Origin: Lama guanicoe
Taxonomy: Eukaryota
Direction: 5' to 3'
DNA length: 64,000 nt
Assembly (NCBI GenBank): GCA_013239625.1
Contig: MU053559.1
Location: 1,843,205-1,907,204, forward strand
The notes below the pieces were generated by a model. That model had not been told where the DNA came from, did not search any database, and saw nothing but the letters and a program-made list of their open reading frames with translations. Made by a program: the position numbers and the translations under genes. This document shows, piece after piece, positions 11,215 through 24,900 of this stretch; position 1 is the first letter of the stretch; the number at the start of each line of letters is the position of its first letter.

Positions 11215-14200
11215 CCTAAGAAATTAAAAGGATAATAAGGAAATATTAGGATCAATTTTATGCCAAGAAATTCAACACCTTAGGTGAAACGGACAAATTC
11301 CTTGAAAGACCAAAGTTTGTTCATGAGGATATAATCTGAATAAACCACTATCTATTAAAGAAATTGACATTATCGTTTAATGCTTTCCCACAAAGAAAAC
11401 TCCAGGCCCAGATGACATCACTGAGGAATTCTATCAAACGTCTAAGGAAGAAATAATACCAATTCTATACGAATTCTTCCAAAGAACTAAGGAGGGGAGG
11501 GAATACTTCCTAACTCATGCTATGACTTTACTATCTTGATTGTGGTGATGGGTTCTTGGGTGTGTACATGTCAAAATTTATCAAATTATGCACTTCGAAT
11601 ACATGCAGTTTCTGGTGTGTCAATTACAGCACAATACAGGGGCTAAAACCGCTGAATCAGTACTCAGACACAGTCATAAGCATTCACAATGCTTACGTTA
11701 GAAAGGGAAGCTATCAAATTAATGATCTAAGCTTCCGCCTTATGAAACTAGGAAAAGAGAAAATTAAATTCAAACGAGCAGAAGGACAGAAATAATAAAG
11801 ATAATAGCAAGAGTGCATGAAATCAAGGTTTCCATTTCTGGCCACAGTGGAGTATGTCTACTTCAGCCCCTCTCTCCTACTGATTATTGCAACTAAAAAC
11901 TCTGGACAAGATACGTAAAGCAACTACTTAGAACTCTGACAAGTAAACAGAAGCAGGCAGGCCCTGCAAGGTGAGTCAAAAAGTGGAGAAGCAGCTCATA
12001 TACCAGTGAATTTCTTTTTTGGCTGCACTCCTTTTTTTTTGTACTTCTTTTATTTTTTTTATTGTAGTTGACTTACAATGTTGTGTTAATTTCTGGTGTA
12101 CAGCATAGTGATTCATTTATATATAACACACACACACATATATATTCCTTTTCATATTCTTTTTCATTATAGACCATTCTAAGGTATTGAATATGGTTCC
12201 CTGTGCTATACAGTAGGACCTTATTTATCTGTTTTATATATAGTAGTACCTGCAAATTCTGAAACTCCCAATTTATCTCTCCTCACTCACTTTCCCCCCT
12301 GGTAACCATAAGTTTGTATTCTAGGTCTGTGTCTCCGCTCTTTTTTCCACAAGACTCTGTCCCAGTGGCATACGAACCTGCACAAGTCCTGAGCTCATCC
12401 AAGGGCCATGTGTGTGAGAGAAAGCAAAGCCTCATGCCAAAGTTTTAAGAACAGAACTAAACTGAGATCTGAACCATAGCTCAAGTCTGAGACTGACATC
12501 TGAGTGACAAATGCACGAGACAAACCTGAAGCAGGACAGCAAAGGCTTTGCTGCACAAGTAAAACTTTAACTATCACTCAAGTCTCAAAGTCTCAAACTA
12601 ACCCCCAAATGGTGCAAAGACAACACGGATGCAAATGAGTGTAACAAAAGCTTTGAACACTGAACAGGTTCAAATCCACAACCATAGGAGGCAAGACAAA
12701 ACGAGTGGTCTGACTCTAACTAGGTTTATATATGATAAACAAAGATTAGAAATAACAAAACAATCACCACTATCTAGGATAGAATCCAAAATCATTCAAT
12801 GTAACAAATAACTAGCAAAATGTGACCAATTCTCAAGGGAAAAGGTGATGAACAGATGCCAGATGCTGGAAATACCAAAGAGAGTTAAGCAGCTGTTATA
12901 ACTAAGCTCTGAGGTAAAGGCAAACACGCTTCAAATGAATGGATAAGTAGAAGTTCTCAACAGAGATACAGAAACTGTGAAAAAAAAATGGAAATTTTAG
13001 AATTAAAAAAGACAATATCTGAAATTAAAAAACCAAAAAACAAAGCCAACACACGGAATGAACTTAACAGCAGAATGGACATGACAAGGGCAAGAGTCAA
13101 TGAACTTGGAGTTAAACTGACAGAAATGGTCCAACCTGCCCACTTAAAGAATAGAAGGAAAAAAAAAAAAGACTGGGAAAAATAAAAGAAAGAAAAAACA
13201 GCATCAGGGAATCTGTGGGACAATAGCAAAAGGTCCAACATTCATGCCATTGGCATCTTCACAGGAAAAGAAACTAATGCAGAAAAAAAGATCTGAAGAA
13301 ATAATGGCCAAAAGAGCTCCCAAATTTGGAGAAAGACATAAATTTACAGATATAAGAAGCTCAGCACACCAAAAACAATATAAATGCAAAGAAACACCCA
13401 GAAATATTATCATCAAATATCTGGAAAGTAAAGACAACATCTTGAATGCAGTCAAGGGCAAAAAAAAAGCACAGTGCAAATAACTGTGAGGTTCTCATCA
13501 GAAGCAATGGAGGCCAGAAGCTAATGGAACATCTTAAAAATACTATAGGAAAAGAAATGTCAACCCAGAATTCTTCACCAAAGCAAAAATATTCTTTGGA
13601 ATGAAGACGAAATTAACAAATTCTCAGGAGAAGACAAACTAAGAGATCTTATCACTGACAGACCTGTTCTAAGAGAAATGACACGGGATCATCTTCAGGG
13701 TGAAGGGAAATCATATCAGAGGGAAACATGGAACTTCAAGGGAGAAATAAAGAGCAACAGAAATGGTAAAATACCTGGGTAAATATAGACTAGTTTTCTC
13801 CTTTTGAACTCTTTAAGATATGTATGTGTGTTGAAAGCAAAAATTATAACATTGGGGCGGGGTTAACATGTATGTAGATATAATACATTTGAAAGCTGTA
13901 ATATAAAGGAGGGAAGGGAAGGGACCCATATTGCTGTAAACCTTCTACATACGACTTGAAGTGTTAAAAGATAACTATAGTGAAAGGTTAAGTATGTATA
14001 TCTTAATCTCTAGAACAACCCGTAGATTAAAAACAATAACAAACACAGGAGATGTTGACAAAAAGCAAACAGCTATGTTTAAAATGAAATATTTAAATTG
14101 CAGTTGCATTCCGTATGCAAGACCTATGCATTCAAAACTACCAAATACTACTGAGAGAAGTCTGTATAGACCTAAATAAATTGAGAGATGCACTATGTTA

Positions 14201-16700
14201 ATGAATCAAAAGATCCGATGTCATTAGTATTTCAATGATCCACAGATTCAATGTGATCACAAGCAAGAATCCCTGCAGGCGTCTGTGCAGAAACTGGCAA
14301 GCTGACTCCAAAATTTGGGGATGTGAAAATATCAAGGACCTAGAATAGCCAAAATATTCTGAAAAGGAAGAACAAAGTTGGAAGATTCACAGTTATCTGA
14401 TGTGAACACTTGATGTAGGCTACAGTAATTAAGACAGTGTGGTCTTGGCAAACAGACCAACACATATGTGTTCAACTGTCTTTGACAAGGGTGCCAAGGT
14501 AAATCAATGAAGAGACAGTCTTTTCAAAAATGCTATTGGAACAATTCAATATGCACATGCCAAAAAGAAAAAAAAATGACCCTTACCTCATACCATGTAA
14601 AAATATTCATCTCATTAATGGCCATAGGCCTAAATAATAAGAGCTAAACTTCTAAATCCTCTGAAATAAAACATGTGAGGAAATCTTTGTTACCTTGGGT
14701 TAGAGAATTGTCTCATAGGCCGCCAAAAGCACGAACCATTAAAGAAAAACTTGATAAACTGGACTTTATCAAAATTAAAATTGTCTGTTTTTTTCAAAGA
14801 CACTGTTAAGATAAAAAACAAGCCACTGCATGGGGGTAAATACTTGGAAAACACATGGCTGATAGAGAACTTGCGTTCAGAATATATAAAGAACACTCAC
14901 AATTTAATAATAACAAAAATGGCAAAAGATGATAACCAACAGTTCACCAAAGATGTTTAGATGGCAAATAAGCACATGAAAAGATGCTCAACATTAGTTA
15001 CTGGAGATACACAAATTAATATCACAATGAGATACTCTTACACCTCTACTAGGAAGAAAGACTAACAATACCAATATCACCAAGTGCTGGCAACTGGCAA
15101 AACACCTGGAGCTCTCATATGTTGCTGGTGTGCAACTAGAATCGTACAGTTAATGCTGGAAAACAGTTTGGTAGTGTCTTGTGAAGTTAAACATACACTT
15201 GACACATGACCAAGCAATCCCACTCTAGATATTTACCTAAGAAATAGGAAAACATAATCCATACAAAGTCCTGAACATGAATGTTCATACCAGCTTCTTT
15301 CATGATAACCAAAAATTGGAAAAAATTCAAAAGCACATAACCTGGTCCAGGGATAAGCAAATGGGGCATCATTCAGCTACAAAAAGGAACATACTGCTGA
15401 TACACATCACGGCGTGGATGAATCGAAAAAGCATTAAGGTAAATGAAAGAACCAAGACATACAAGGCTATGTACAATTAAGATTCATTTATGTGACATTC
15501 CAGAAAGAACAAAACTAGAAGAAATAAGATCAGATGTGGGAGTGGAAAAGTTTAATTGTAAGGGGAATAAGGGGATGTTTTAGGGGAATGAAAATGTCCA
15601 ATATCTTGATTGTGGTGGTGTTCACATGACTATTTGTCAGAGAACTGTACACTTAAGAGAGGTGAAGTTCATGGTATATAAACTGTACCTCAATAAACCA
15701 CATTTAAAAAAAAAGGATGTAGTTACATCAGAATAAATATATCATGACAATACATGGAAAGTATGGAAATTATGTTAAAATGTTACCACATACAACCTAC
15801 TATCATATTGTACTATTTTTGCATTTCCTTTTACTGAAACACCTGTTAAGCATTAAGGGTAGAAAAAATACTAACAAATATTGAATTCTAGTTAATGATA
15901 TGACTGTGGAAGTATTTAGGTATGAAGTGTACTGATCTCCAGAACTTTGAAACACATCACACACAAAAAATAAGGGAGACTGACGAAAGAAAAGAGGAAT
16001 TGGTGCACAGATCGATAGGAGATAAAGCAAATATAGCAAAACATTCATTGTAGAATCTAGGTGGTATTATACGGGTGTTCAAATTAGAATTCTTTCACTT
16101 GTTTGGTGTGAAAATGTTCTTGATAAAATGTTGTGGAAAAAAGAAGTTGAAAAAGAACAGCCCAGAAACAATAAAAAGATCGTGGTTTCCAGGAGTTTGG
16201 GGAGAGGGAGGGTGGGAGGAATGAATAGATGGAGCACAAGGGATTTTTAGGGTAATGAAGTTATTCTGTATGATACCACAGTGGCTACATGGCATTATGC
16301 ATTTGTCAAAACCCATAGAATGTACAACATCAAGAGTGAACCCTAATGTAAACTATGGACTTTGGTTGATAATAATGTGCCCATATTGGTTTATCAATTG
16401 TACCAAATATGCCACACTGATGAGGGATGTTGAGGGTAGGGGAGTATATATGTGTGGGTGGGGAGGGCTATGTGCAAACTCTCTGTATTTTCTGCTCAAT
16501 TCTGCTGTGAACCTGATACTGCTCTAAAAGAATAAAGTCTATTAAAAAAGAAAAGAAAAGAAAAGAAAAAGAACAGCAAAGTAAACCCAAAGAGGTAGAA
16601 GAGGAAATACAAGTAAAAGGAGAAATTAACAAAGAGGAAAACACACGATACAGAAATTTACCAAAAGTAAAAAGCGTTTTCTGTGGAAAGCTCAACAAAC
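11215..16700 (+). mobile_element. Cluster of older LINE-1 pieces (5' UTR, ORF1 ~12950-13750, internally deleted ORF2, several 3' UTRs)
   Basis: ORF1-like peptides (12988-13185, 13244-13483: TPRNIIIKYLESKD); ORF2-like peptides (14751-14960, 15277-15480); L1M-type 3' UTRs at 15500-16560. Confidence 0.85.
12030..12340 (-). mobile_element. LINE-1 3' UTR fragment
   Basis: T-rich tail followed by tagttgacttacaatgttgtgttaatttctggtgtacagcatagtg, the reverse complement of the L1 3' end seen elsewhere in the window. Confidence 0.88.
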
Positions 16701-17891
16701 TTAAGCTAACAAATATGACAGTGAGGTTTCTCTTGATACTTGGATCCTGACAGAAGATGTTTATGATCTCAGAACGACCAGAGAATTTATGAGACCTGTT
16801 AGGGATTTCATCCAGGGGCCAGAGGAGAATAGGGTCTCTGAAGCAGCTTGAAGAATGGGAGAGAACCAAGCTGGCCAGTGCTCCTGGGTGATGGCCTTGC
16901 TAACTCTCCCAGTCCTTTGAACTCCTCTCAGTGGACATTTAAAGCAATGAATCTGAACTAGACATGGGCATCAGAACTACGGGGAGTGTTACTTACAATG
17001 CACATAACTAGGCCTACCTCTGGCTTTCTGAAACCATTTCTAGAGGGTGGGGCCTACTCAGGAGTATCCTGAGGGTTCCCCAGGTCACTGTGATACACTT
17101 CTGATTAACAACCACTACATTAAAACAACATTCCGTATGGCTAATAACCATAAAAAGTAGCATAACATATATTGAGAACTTCCTTTGTTCCAGACACCCA
17201 TTTTGGTGCTTTACATTCATCCGACTGATTAAATTCTGACAATCCTGTAAGTTCTAGCATTAACCCTGTTCAACAAATAGGCAAAGAGAGGCTAAGCCAC
17301 GCGTGCAAAATGATGGGTTGTGAATGAAGAAGCCAGAAGATGGATCCAGGCCGCGAGAGCCAAAGCCCAAGCTCTGCACCACTGGGCTGCGGAAGGGTAA
17401 CAAACCTCCTCCCTCCGACCTATCTATTCACCCCGCCCCGGGATGAGTGAGAACAAGATGCAAGCTCTCGCCTCTAGGGCTTCGTGTTCCAGGCTGAGAA
17501 ATAAGCCCCAGACACTTAGCTGGGTTTTCAAAAAAGTGACCGAGTGGAATGCAAAAACAGAAGCTTAGCTTTGTTATTTGAAGTTGCAAATGTGGCCAAC
17601 AAAGACAAGAAAAATACAAGTTTAACAGACACTGTGAAGAGCTAGGGAGTGGAAGGCCAAGGTGTAACTGAGCTAGTCCCAACTTTTCATAGAGGGGAGA
17701 GAAAACTGAGAACTCCAGAGAAGTGGATGTCAAAGTATTCCCTGGCCCTCTGGAGGTGCTCATCGGAGGAATTAAAAACAGAAACCTTGAAAAGAGGCTG
17801 CCCTTGGAGCTGTGCCTGGGAAAGCACTGAGATTACTTTGCATCCCATAATGTCCTGCACACTTTGATGGAACATGTGCATGTGATACTTT

Positions 17892-18027
17892 TAGTTACAG
17901 TTTTTTTTTGGAGGAGAGGTAATTGGGTTTATTTTAAAATTTGTTTTCAATGGAGGTACTGGGGATCGAACCCAGGACCTCGTGCCTGCTAAACCCGCAC
18001 TCTACCACTGAGCTGTACCCTCCTCGC
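17892..18027 (-). mobile_element. Vic-1-type SINE
   Basis: Reverse-strand tRNA-Ala-like head; TSD tgtgatacttt at 17881-17891 and 18028-18038. Confidence 0.9.
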
Positions 18028-19389
18028 TGTGATACTTTGAATATAATACAGTTTTTAATGTGACTCAAAGGGTGGAAGGTGCCTCCTCCTAACAGTGAAA
18101 TAAGAATGAGACAATTCCTGGAAATGGTGGAAGCAGGAAAAAGCATGCCATGAGCAGACCAGAAACCCTGGTGAATCTCTACAGGGCAACATATCTGGGA
18201 TGGACTGAGCATAAAGAGGGAATTGTAGCGTAAAATGTCCCTAGGGGGAGGCACAGGGAGGTGGGCGCACACAGCAGCAATGGGAGGCTCTGAGCGAGAA
18301 GGCGCCTCCGCCAGGCAGGAGTGGGCTTGGGGGAAACCACAAGGGGAGTTTCCTGACATTAGCTGGGCCAGCGTCTGAAACTCATCTCTAGACAGCTGGT
18401 GGAAAGCAGACGCAGGTTCAGTCAATCTGAGGTGGGTCCCAAGAGCCTGCATTTCTACTTTGCGCCCGGGCCAGGCCCAGGCTGCTGGTCCACGGACCAC
18501 AGCGAACAGTAACGGTGCTCTTGTCAGACTTCTTTGGGATGAGCCACTGAGTGGCCACTGTGAGTGGGAGAGAAAAAGAGGAAGGCCAACATCTGAAGAC
18601 TTTCTGGATCCTCTTAAGGGGCTCAGAGCAAAAACAAAGAACAGAAAACTCTGCCGAGGACTGAGCCACCGCTCACTGAAGCATGCCACCATGGGAGTGG
18701 TATGCCCTCAAGTTTATTTATTTTTTTAATAAATAGAGATAATGCAAAAGAGAAAATAGTTGAGTGGGAGGGAAGTACTGATAAGAGCAGGAATCCGACA
18801 ACAGGTGGTATCAAGTCAGATGTGGAAGAGCATGAGAGAAATAAGAAAACAGAAACCCATTTAGCCACACAGTGAGGGCAGACAAGGACACGGTGGGTAC
18901 CTGGCCTGCTTGAGCTGAAAGTCACTAGAAAAGCTTTTCTGTCCATCCAGACTCCAATAAACCAGGTAGGATAATTTCCCTGAGGTTAAAGACTCCAAAT
19001 TTCAGACTTTGAGAGCCCACAGTATGCCAAATAAAGAGGAAACATCACCCTTCCATCTGCACCTCTTCTGATGAGAATGCGAATGCCCAAGAGAGGGCGT
19101 AAGTCCTAACAGCGTCCAGAAAGGAAGAGGGGGAGGAGGGAGAAAAGGCTGGGCACGGCTCCCTAGCCACCTAGATGCTGGACAGTGAGATGGGGTGTGA
19201 AGAACAGCAGTGGCTACCTCTGTCTGAACCCCGAGAATGCAGGGCTGCGAAGGGGCGGCAGGTGGGGCATTGCGACCCTAGTCACATCTCCAAACCTGCG
19301 GTTTCTGAGAAGAGCTCCTGGGCGTGCCCCCGAGACCAAGATCTTACTGACCTACTGGGTCCCCCTGCCGTGGCCTGGCGTGGGCTCAC

Positions 19390-19488
19390 CTGGACAGCTC
19401 CGCTTTGGGGTTTGTCCATCTGCCATCCCGGCCTCCTCTTCAACTTGTCCCATCCTGAAGATCGCGCCTGGTTGGGCCATGAGGTATC
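19390..19488 (-). CDS. KRBOX4: KRAB-B exon of KRBOX4/ZNF674-family gene ([G]YLMAQPGAIFRMGQVEEEAGMADGQTPKRSCP)
   Basis: 99 bp; acceptor tttcccctcaacag and donor CAG|gtgagc; phase 1/1, open and in frame with KRAB-A. Resembles recalled human KRBOX4 GYLVAKPDVIFRLG..WMADGGTP. The symbol could instead be ZNF674. Confidence 0.88.
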
Positions 19489-19778
19489 CTGTTGAGGGGA
19501 AATGACATAGGACTTTGTTATTAATGCCAGAGGTCTTCCAGAGCCGAGGCCCGTCCTTGCAGGGTGGAGATGTTCTGGCCTTGGTGACCTCCCCACGAGC
19601 AAAGCCAGCTTCTCCTCAGGACAGAGCATTCACAGAGGTGACAGCATGAACATCCCGTGCAGGGAGCAAACACCATCACAGATTCTTGACAGGGAGCCTG
19701 AGGCCCGACTCCTTCAGGGCCCAGATGCCTCTGAGCAGCAGCAGAGAGAGGGAGACACGAGGGGGTGTGTTCTGGTCA

Positions 19779-20030
<252 letters not shown>

Positions 20031-21394
20031 CTACAACGTAGTACTTTCTGGCCCAAAAAGGGCAGGAGTGACAAGGTGAGAAAACCTGCGGTTGACCACA
20101 CAGCGAAATAGAATGATCGTGAAAAGGACCAGAACATGCTATAATACGTGAAAAAGAAGAAAAGAAAACAAAGGGATTCTTCTATCAAGACAGATAAGCC
20201 TACGTGCACTCTGGAAGGATGTATGAAAAAGTGAAGGAGACACAGGGACAGTCTGAGAGGGAAAATCATTTTTGACCTTTTGCTGAGCAAAGCTTTTGTT
20301 TGAACTTTTTCCTGTATGCGTAGACTCCTTTTAAAAATGCTCAATTCAATTTATTCAGAATGTTTTTAGAATCCATATTTTTAAGTGAAAGTGGTTTTTC
20401 ACTTTTTACTTTTTTGCAGTCTCGTCCTTGAATTTAAGTGATGTCATAACATGAACTAGATTCCTTTTCATTGTTCAACAGCCTGGAAAAGTTGAACATA
20501 GAAATTACCTGGTCTTTAAAATTCTGTGACAGTAGCAATTAGTCCAGGAATTTAAAATGTGAATAATACCTTTTACTCAAAAACCCAACTTCCAGGTGTA
20601 TTCTCCATAAATGCCTGCACTAATGGGCAAATAGATACACAGAAAATTGTTCATGAGGCAGTGTTTACAATAGAAGAAAATTAAAAACCTAAGTATCCAT
20701 GAGTAGAGAAATAGTTAAGTGATACATTCACACTATGAAATAGGAGCTGAAAGAACCTTTATGTACTGATGGGGAACAACACCCGGAATATAACCAGGTG
20801 GGGAAAGCAGGACAGGTACGGGACTATGACCGCGTTTGTGGTAAACCACACACACCGCTACTTATGTATCTATTTTCAGTGAAACTGACTAAATGCATCT
20901 ATAGCTCGTTATCACCAAACTGTTCACAGTGGGCATCTCTGGGGAAGAATGTGGTCCTGGGGGGAGAAGAAGTAGGGTGTTTTGGATACTATTTTTTATG
21001 CAGGTGAGAACACAAAATGTGGACTTACTTCCATTATTTTAAACGTGATGAAAAAGCAAAGTGAACTGGAAGTGAAGAAATAGAAAAAGCAAGATGAGTG
21101 TACGTATTTAAACAATCTTCTCTGAGAGGGAAAAGAAAAAAAGATGAGGGGCAGTTCCCAGAGTAACAAGTAGATAAAGAAAGTGTTTTTTTCCTAAACT
21201 TTTTTTGGTTTTGTGTGTGTGTGTGTGTGTGTGTGGGAAGGGGAAGGATTGGAGAAACCTGAGGTAGATTGCAGGCTGAACAGAAAACAGCCAGAGGCGA
21301 GGGGACTGACAGATTTTTCAAGGTTGCAATACAATTTCCTAACTGCTGCCTCAAATTCACTGGAAAAAAAGTAGGGGGTAAAGTAGGAACTCAC

Positions 21395-21409
21395 CTGGGA
21401 CAGGGCCAT
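21395..21409 (-). CDS. KRBOX4: Start-codon segment MALSQ (coding part of 44-bp exon 21395-21438)
   Basis: ATG GCC CTG TCC CAG|gtgagt; phase 0 joins the KRAB-A exon in frame; human paralogues begin MAMSQ (recalled). Acceptor cttctgccttcgcag just upstream of 21438. Confidence 0.88.
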
Positions 21410-21438
21410 CCGCTTCTGCCCGGACAAAGGATGGAGAT
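21410..21438 (-). other. KRBOX4: 5' UTR part of the start exon
   Basis: Lies between the pyrimidine-rich acceptor (AG at 21439-21440) and the ATG. Confidence 0.8.
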
Positions 21439-21850
21439 CTGCGAAGGCAGAAGTAGGCGGGTCGAGATCAGTGCATCCAGCCAGGAGACCACCACCAGCA
21501 GCCTAACAATCACCCGCGCCCCGGGGGAATGATCTGGAAACATGGCCTGGTAGCACCAGCCTGTTCCCTTGGGACACGGTGAAGCCCCTGTGGATTTTGC
21601 ACATGAATTTACTTTCTCTTCCTGGACAGATGTATGACTCGTGTCGAAGGACTTCTACTCGGAAGCCATTAACAACCTGACACCTCGTTTCTCTCAAGGA
21701 TTCTATGCCTGGAAATTGACCACAGAAAAGGAATCATCAATGAGCACAGGCTGCGAGGACGTTCATGGTAGGTGTTTCTACCTTTCAACACTTTGCAAGC
21801 AATGAAACCTCCAGCAAAAGGGAATTAGTTACAAAATAAGACACACAAGA

Positions 21851-21983
21851 GGGGAGGGTATAGCTCAGTGGTAGAGTGCGTGCCTAGCATGTAGAAGGCC
21901 CTGGGTTCAATCCCCAGCACCTCCATAATAAATAAATAAATAACCTAAGTACTCCTAAAAAATAAAAAAATTAAAAATTAAAA
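21851..21983 (+). mobile_element. Vic-1-type SINE
   Basis: ggggagggtatagctcagtggtagag...ggttcaatccccagcacctcca + (taaa)n; TSD aagaca(c/t)acaa at 21838-21848 and 21984-21994. Confidence 0.92.
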
Positions 21984-23384
21984 AAGACATACAAAATGGG
22001 AAATACCACATGTGTAAAATGCAATGGACTCTTGTTCTCATTTCTTGACATATTTAAAAGCAGGTTACAAGAAAGCAAGTGTGATCTCGCTGGTTAAGCC
22101 GTATGCATGTTTTGAGGGAGAGCATTTATTAAAATGTTGACACTGACTTCACTTTTCCTCTTTTGTTTACTTGCATTTTCTCATTTTTGACAGTAAATAT
22201 TAATGACTAGTAAAATAAAAGGGAGACATTATTACAAATCATCTGTTATCACACTGAGTCCTAGAGGTGATAGACCCTGAGCAAAGTCTGGAGGGCAGGG
22301 ACGTCTTGCTGTGGTTTGGAGGAAGGAGACAAACCAGGGGTGAGCACGGGATGGAAGGGAGGGGGTGGTGAAGGGAGGTTAAGAGCCCAGCACTGATAAG
22401 TTCTACATGGAGCTGGAAACCACTGACCTTGGATCCCTGCTCCTCTGCCCTTCTCTGGTCTCTCACCACCCTCCCTGCCGACACTTCCTTATTCCCCATC
22501 CTGTTCATTTGATTGCCACATTCTTCCTTGTTTGGCAGTTTTCAAAATCAAGTTTCAGCAAGGAGCTTTTGTGCAGAGTAACTGCTGCTACCGTAGCAAT
22601 CCTGGCCTTAGTATCAGGACAGCAGGGTTCAGCACTACGGAGCTTAATGAGTCATGTCCTCAGACCCAGTTACAGTAGCATCACAATGAGGCAGCAGACC
22701 TAGGTGATACCTTACCTAGAGACTACTCTGAAATTCACAGACACACACACACACCAAAAACACCTCTTTGGCCATTTAGTCAGGGGAGAGGAGATTCAAA
22801 ATTTCTGCTACAGGCAAGTGGGATGTTCATACTATGGGATTGACTCAAGCCAAAAATAGCCCATGGCAAAAGAGAGAAGCACAGGGTGTGTGCACAAACG
22901 TGTTAGAGTGCAGAAAGTCCTGTCAGGCATGTAGTCAATCTTCCCAGCCTCATCATGCCCTTGTAGGCACTACAGCAGGGCAGCCTCCCTCCATCGGTCT
23001 GAAACTTTCAACTCTCTCCTCCAGTAGGGGTTCAACTGACCACCATCACACAGCTCTTAATGGTGGCTGGAAGTTGAGTCACTGTGTCAGCCTGGCTCTC
23101 TCTCAGCAGGAGAAAGAGACAGAGGGCACTGTAGGTCCCGTTCTTCTAGGACCTGCTATCCTGTGAGCCTCTTCCCTCCAACCAGATCATGTGACCCTCC
23201 TGCATCTTCCCTGGGGTTTGGACTCTCCTTCCAGAGCGCCAGAAGCTGGTGCTTCACTACCAATTCCCCTCAGAGTTGCTGTCTTATTTCTAAGGAGGCA
23301 GGACCAAAGGATCCAAAGACATAGTACCTTTGCTGGGATCATCACTTCAGCACCATGTCCCTGCCTCTGACCAGAGGAACTCAC

Positions 23385-23494
23385 CTCCTTCTGAGGCCTC
23401 AGACTGGGTGTTCTGTAGACTAACTAAGGAAGTCCATGGCAGATAAGCTGGTCTGGTGGCTGGTGAGCAGTGGTCTCAGTTATGAACCCTAACC
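23385..23494 (-). other. KRBOX4: Probable non-coding 5' UTR exon 2 (110 bp)
   Basis: Acceptor tcattgcctttccag, donor GAG|gtgagt; lies between the CpG island and the start exon. Confidence 0.7.
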
Positions 23495-24149
23495 CTGGAA
23501 AGGCAATGACCACACAGGAGATGCAAGCAGAGTTGCATCTCCATATGATGGAGCAGAGTTGAAGAAAACCCAAATGTTTTCCTCGACACTAGAAGGCACA
23601 GTGCTTCACTCTCGTCCTAATAATTGACATTTAGTAACTCAATTACCGCCAGATAAGGAGCTAAGCACTGCCTTACTTCCTAAGAGTCTGGGCTCTGGAA
23701 AAAAACTGACTGCCTGCTCTGCCGCTTTTATTTATTTAATAAAAGAGGTGAGTGCCTACTATATGCCTGTTTTGTTCCATGTGAACAAAACATCGTAATT
23801 CCCCCATCTTGCGGAGCTATATTCCCGCAGGGGAGAGACACAGTAAGCAACAGTTAATAAATTTAGGTTTTATTAGGTGGAAAGGCATAAACGCTATTCC
23901 AGGAAAAGGAAAAAGGATCCCTCTGGTTTACAGTGTGACTCTGGTCAGGTTTCCGAGCCTTTCTGTTCTTGCTTTCTCTCTGTAAAATGAAAAGAATCGT
24001 AGCACCTACTCACACTGCTATTGCGAAGATTAATGTGAAAAAGCACAACGGTGCTTGGCATTTTACTCAGTAAACATTCTCAGAATGAATCAGTCAATGA
24101 ACCAATCACTCATTGACCCCGCAGCCTGGCCCCCCCACACTCATCCCCA

Positions 24150-24900
24150 AGGCCCTGCCACCCAAACCCCTAGGGACGCGAGCTCTTTATCCAAGTCCCC
24201 TCCAACCTTCCTATCGGTCCCAACTCCGCTTCCCCTTACTTCACTACCAGGACCCGACGTCTCAGGGAGCGTCAATTCGCGCCGCCCTCGGGGTCAGCAG
24301 GGCACTTCCGCTCCTCGTTGCCTTGGGAACCCCGGGTCCGAGCGTGGCGCACGCGCAGGAGCTGGTGGCGGCCGGGCGAAGGAGGGGGCGGTGCGAGGCA
24401 ACACTGCCCCTAGGTGATATGGCGCCTTTCGGGGACAGAGATTCTGACGTAGCTCCTTCTGAGACTCGATGGAGCGACAAGAGCCTGCGACCATTTTCCG
24501 CGACGAGTCCCACGGAAGGCCGGGGAGGCGTCTCGGGGCGGCGAGACGTCGCGACCCGGGGCTCCGCCTCCGAGGCCAAGGCCGGCTCTCCCAATCCGTT
24601 CCGCGGCGCGGCCGGGCCTCCTCGTCGCTCCGCTCCCGGGGGAAGTCACGCCCCTCTAGTCCCCAAAGCCACGCTCGCCTGCTTCCTTAAATCTTCGGAT
24701 TAAGAAAAGCGGCAGCGGCGCCTGTGGCCGCCCACCGCGGCACATGGGCGCGGCCATCTTGGGGGCGGGGCCGGCCCGTCGGCGCTCTGGTCTCAGGTCA
24801 GGGGTCAGAGAGCAGGGGTCAGGCTCAGCCTGGGGAGGGGCCTGGAGAAGCACCTGGCAGCTGGACTGCAGGGCCGGCAGCATGCACAAGTGAGGAGGGA
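24150..24900. promoter_or_regulatory. CpG-island promoter, TATA-less, probably bidirectional
   Basis: Densest CpG region in the window; ETS/GABP site 24303-24310, CRE-like tgacgt 24445-24450, YY1-like AAGATGGCCGC (minus, 24750-24760), GC box 24762-24770. Confidence 0.88.
24240..24320 (-). other. KRBOX4: Probable first exon (TSS approximate)
   Basis: Donor GAA|gtaagg (GT at 24238-24239) at the island edge; ETS motif CGGAAGTG (24303-24310) near the likely start. Confidence 0.5.

Noticed and set aside
17934..18692. Longest ORF in the track (252 aa, minus)
   Set aside because: No domain similarity; runs into a SINE at its 3' end; no convincing acceptor linking it to KRAB-B.
18901..18979. 79-bp cassette exon downstream of KRAB-B (open in phase 1)
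   Set aside because: Weak polypyrimidine tract, mediocre donor (CAG|gtaccc), frame-shifting length and no recognisable homology; unsupported without RNA data.
21851..21925. tRNA-Ala gene (also at 2444, 17950, 29900, 30430, 30715, 31420)
   Set aside because: All copies have an extended 5' end and A-rich tails, most have clear TSDs, and the stems are degenerate; these are SINEs, not tRNA genes.
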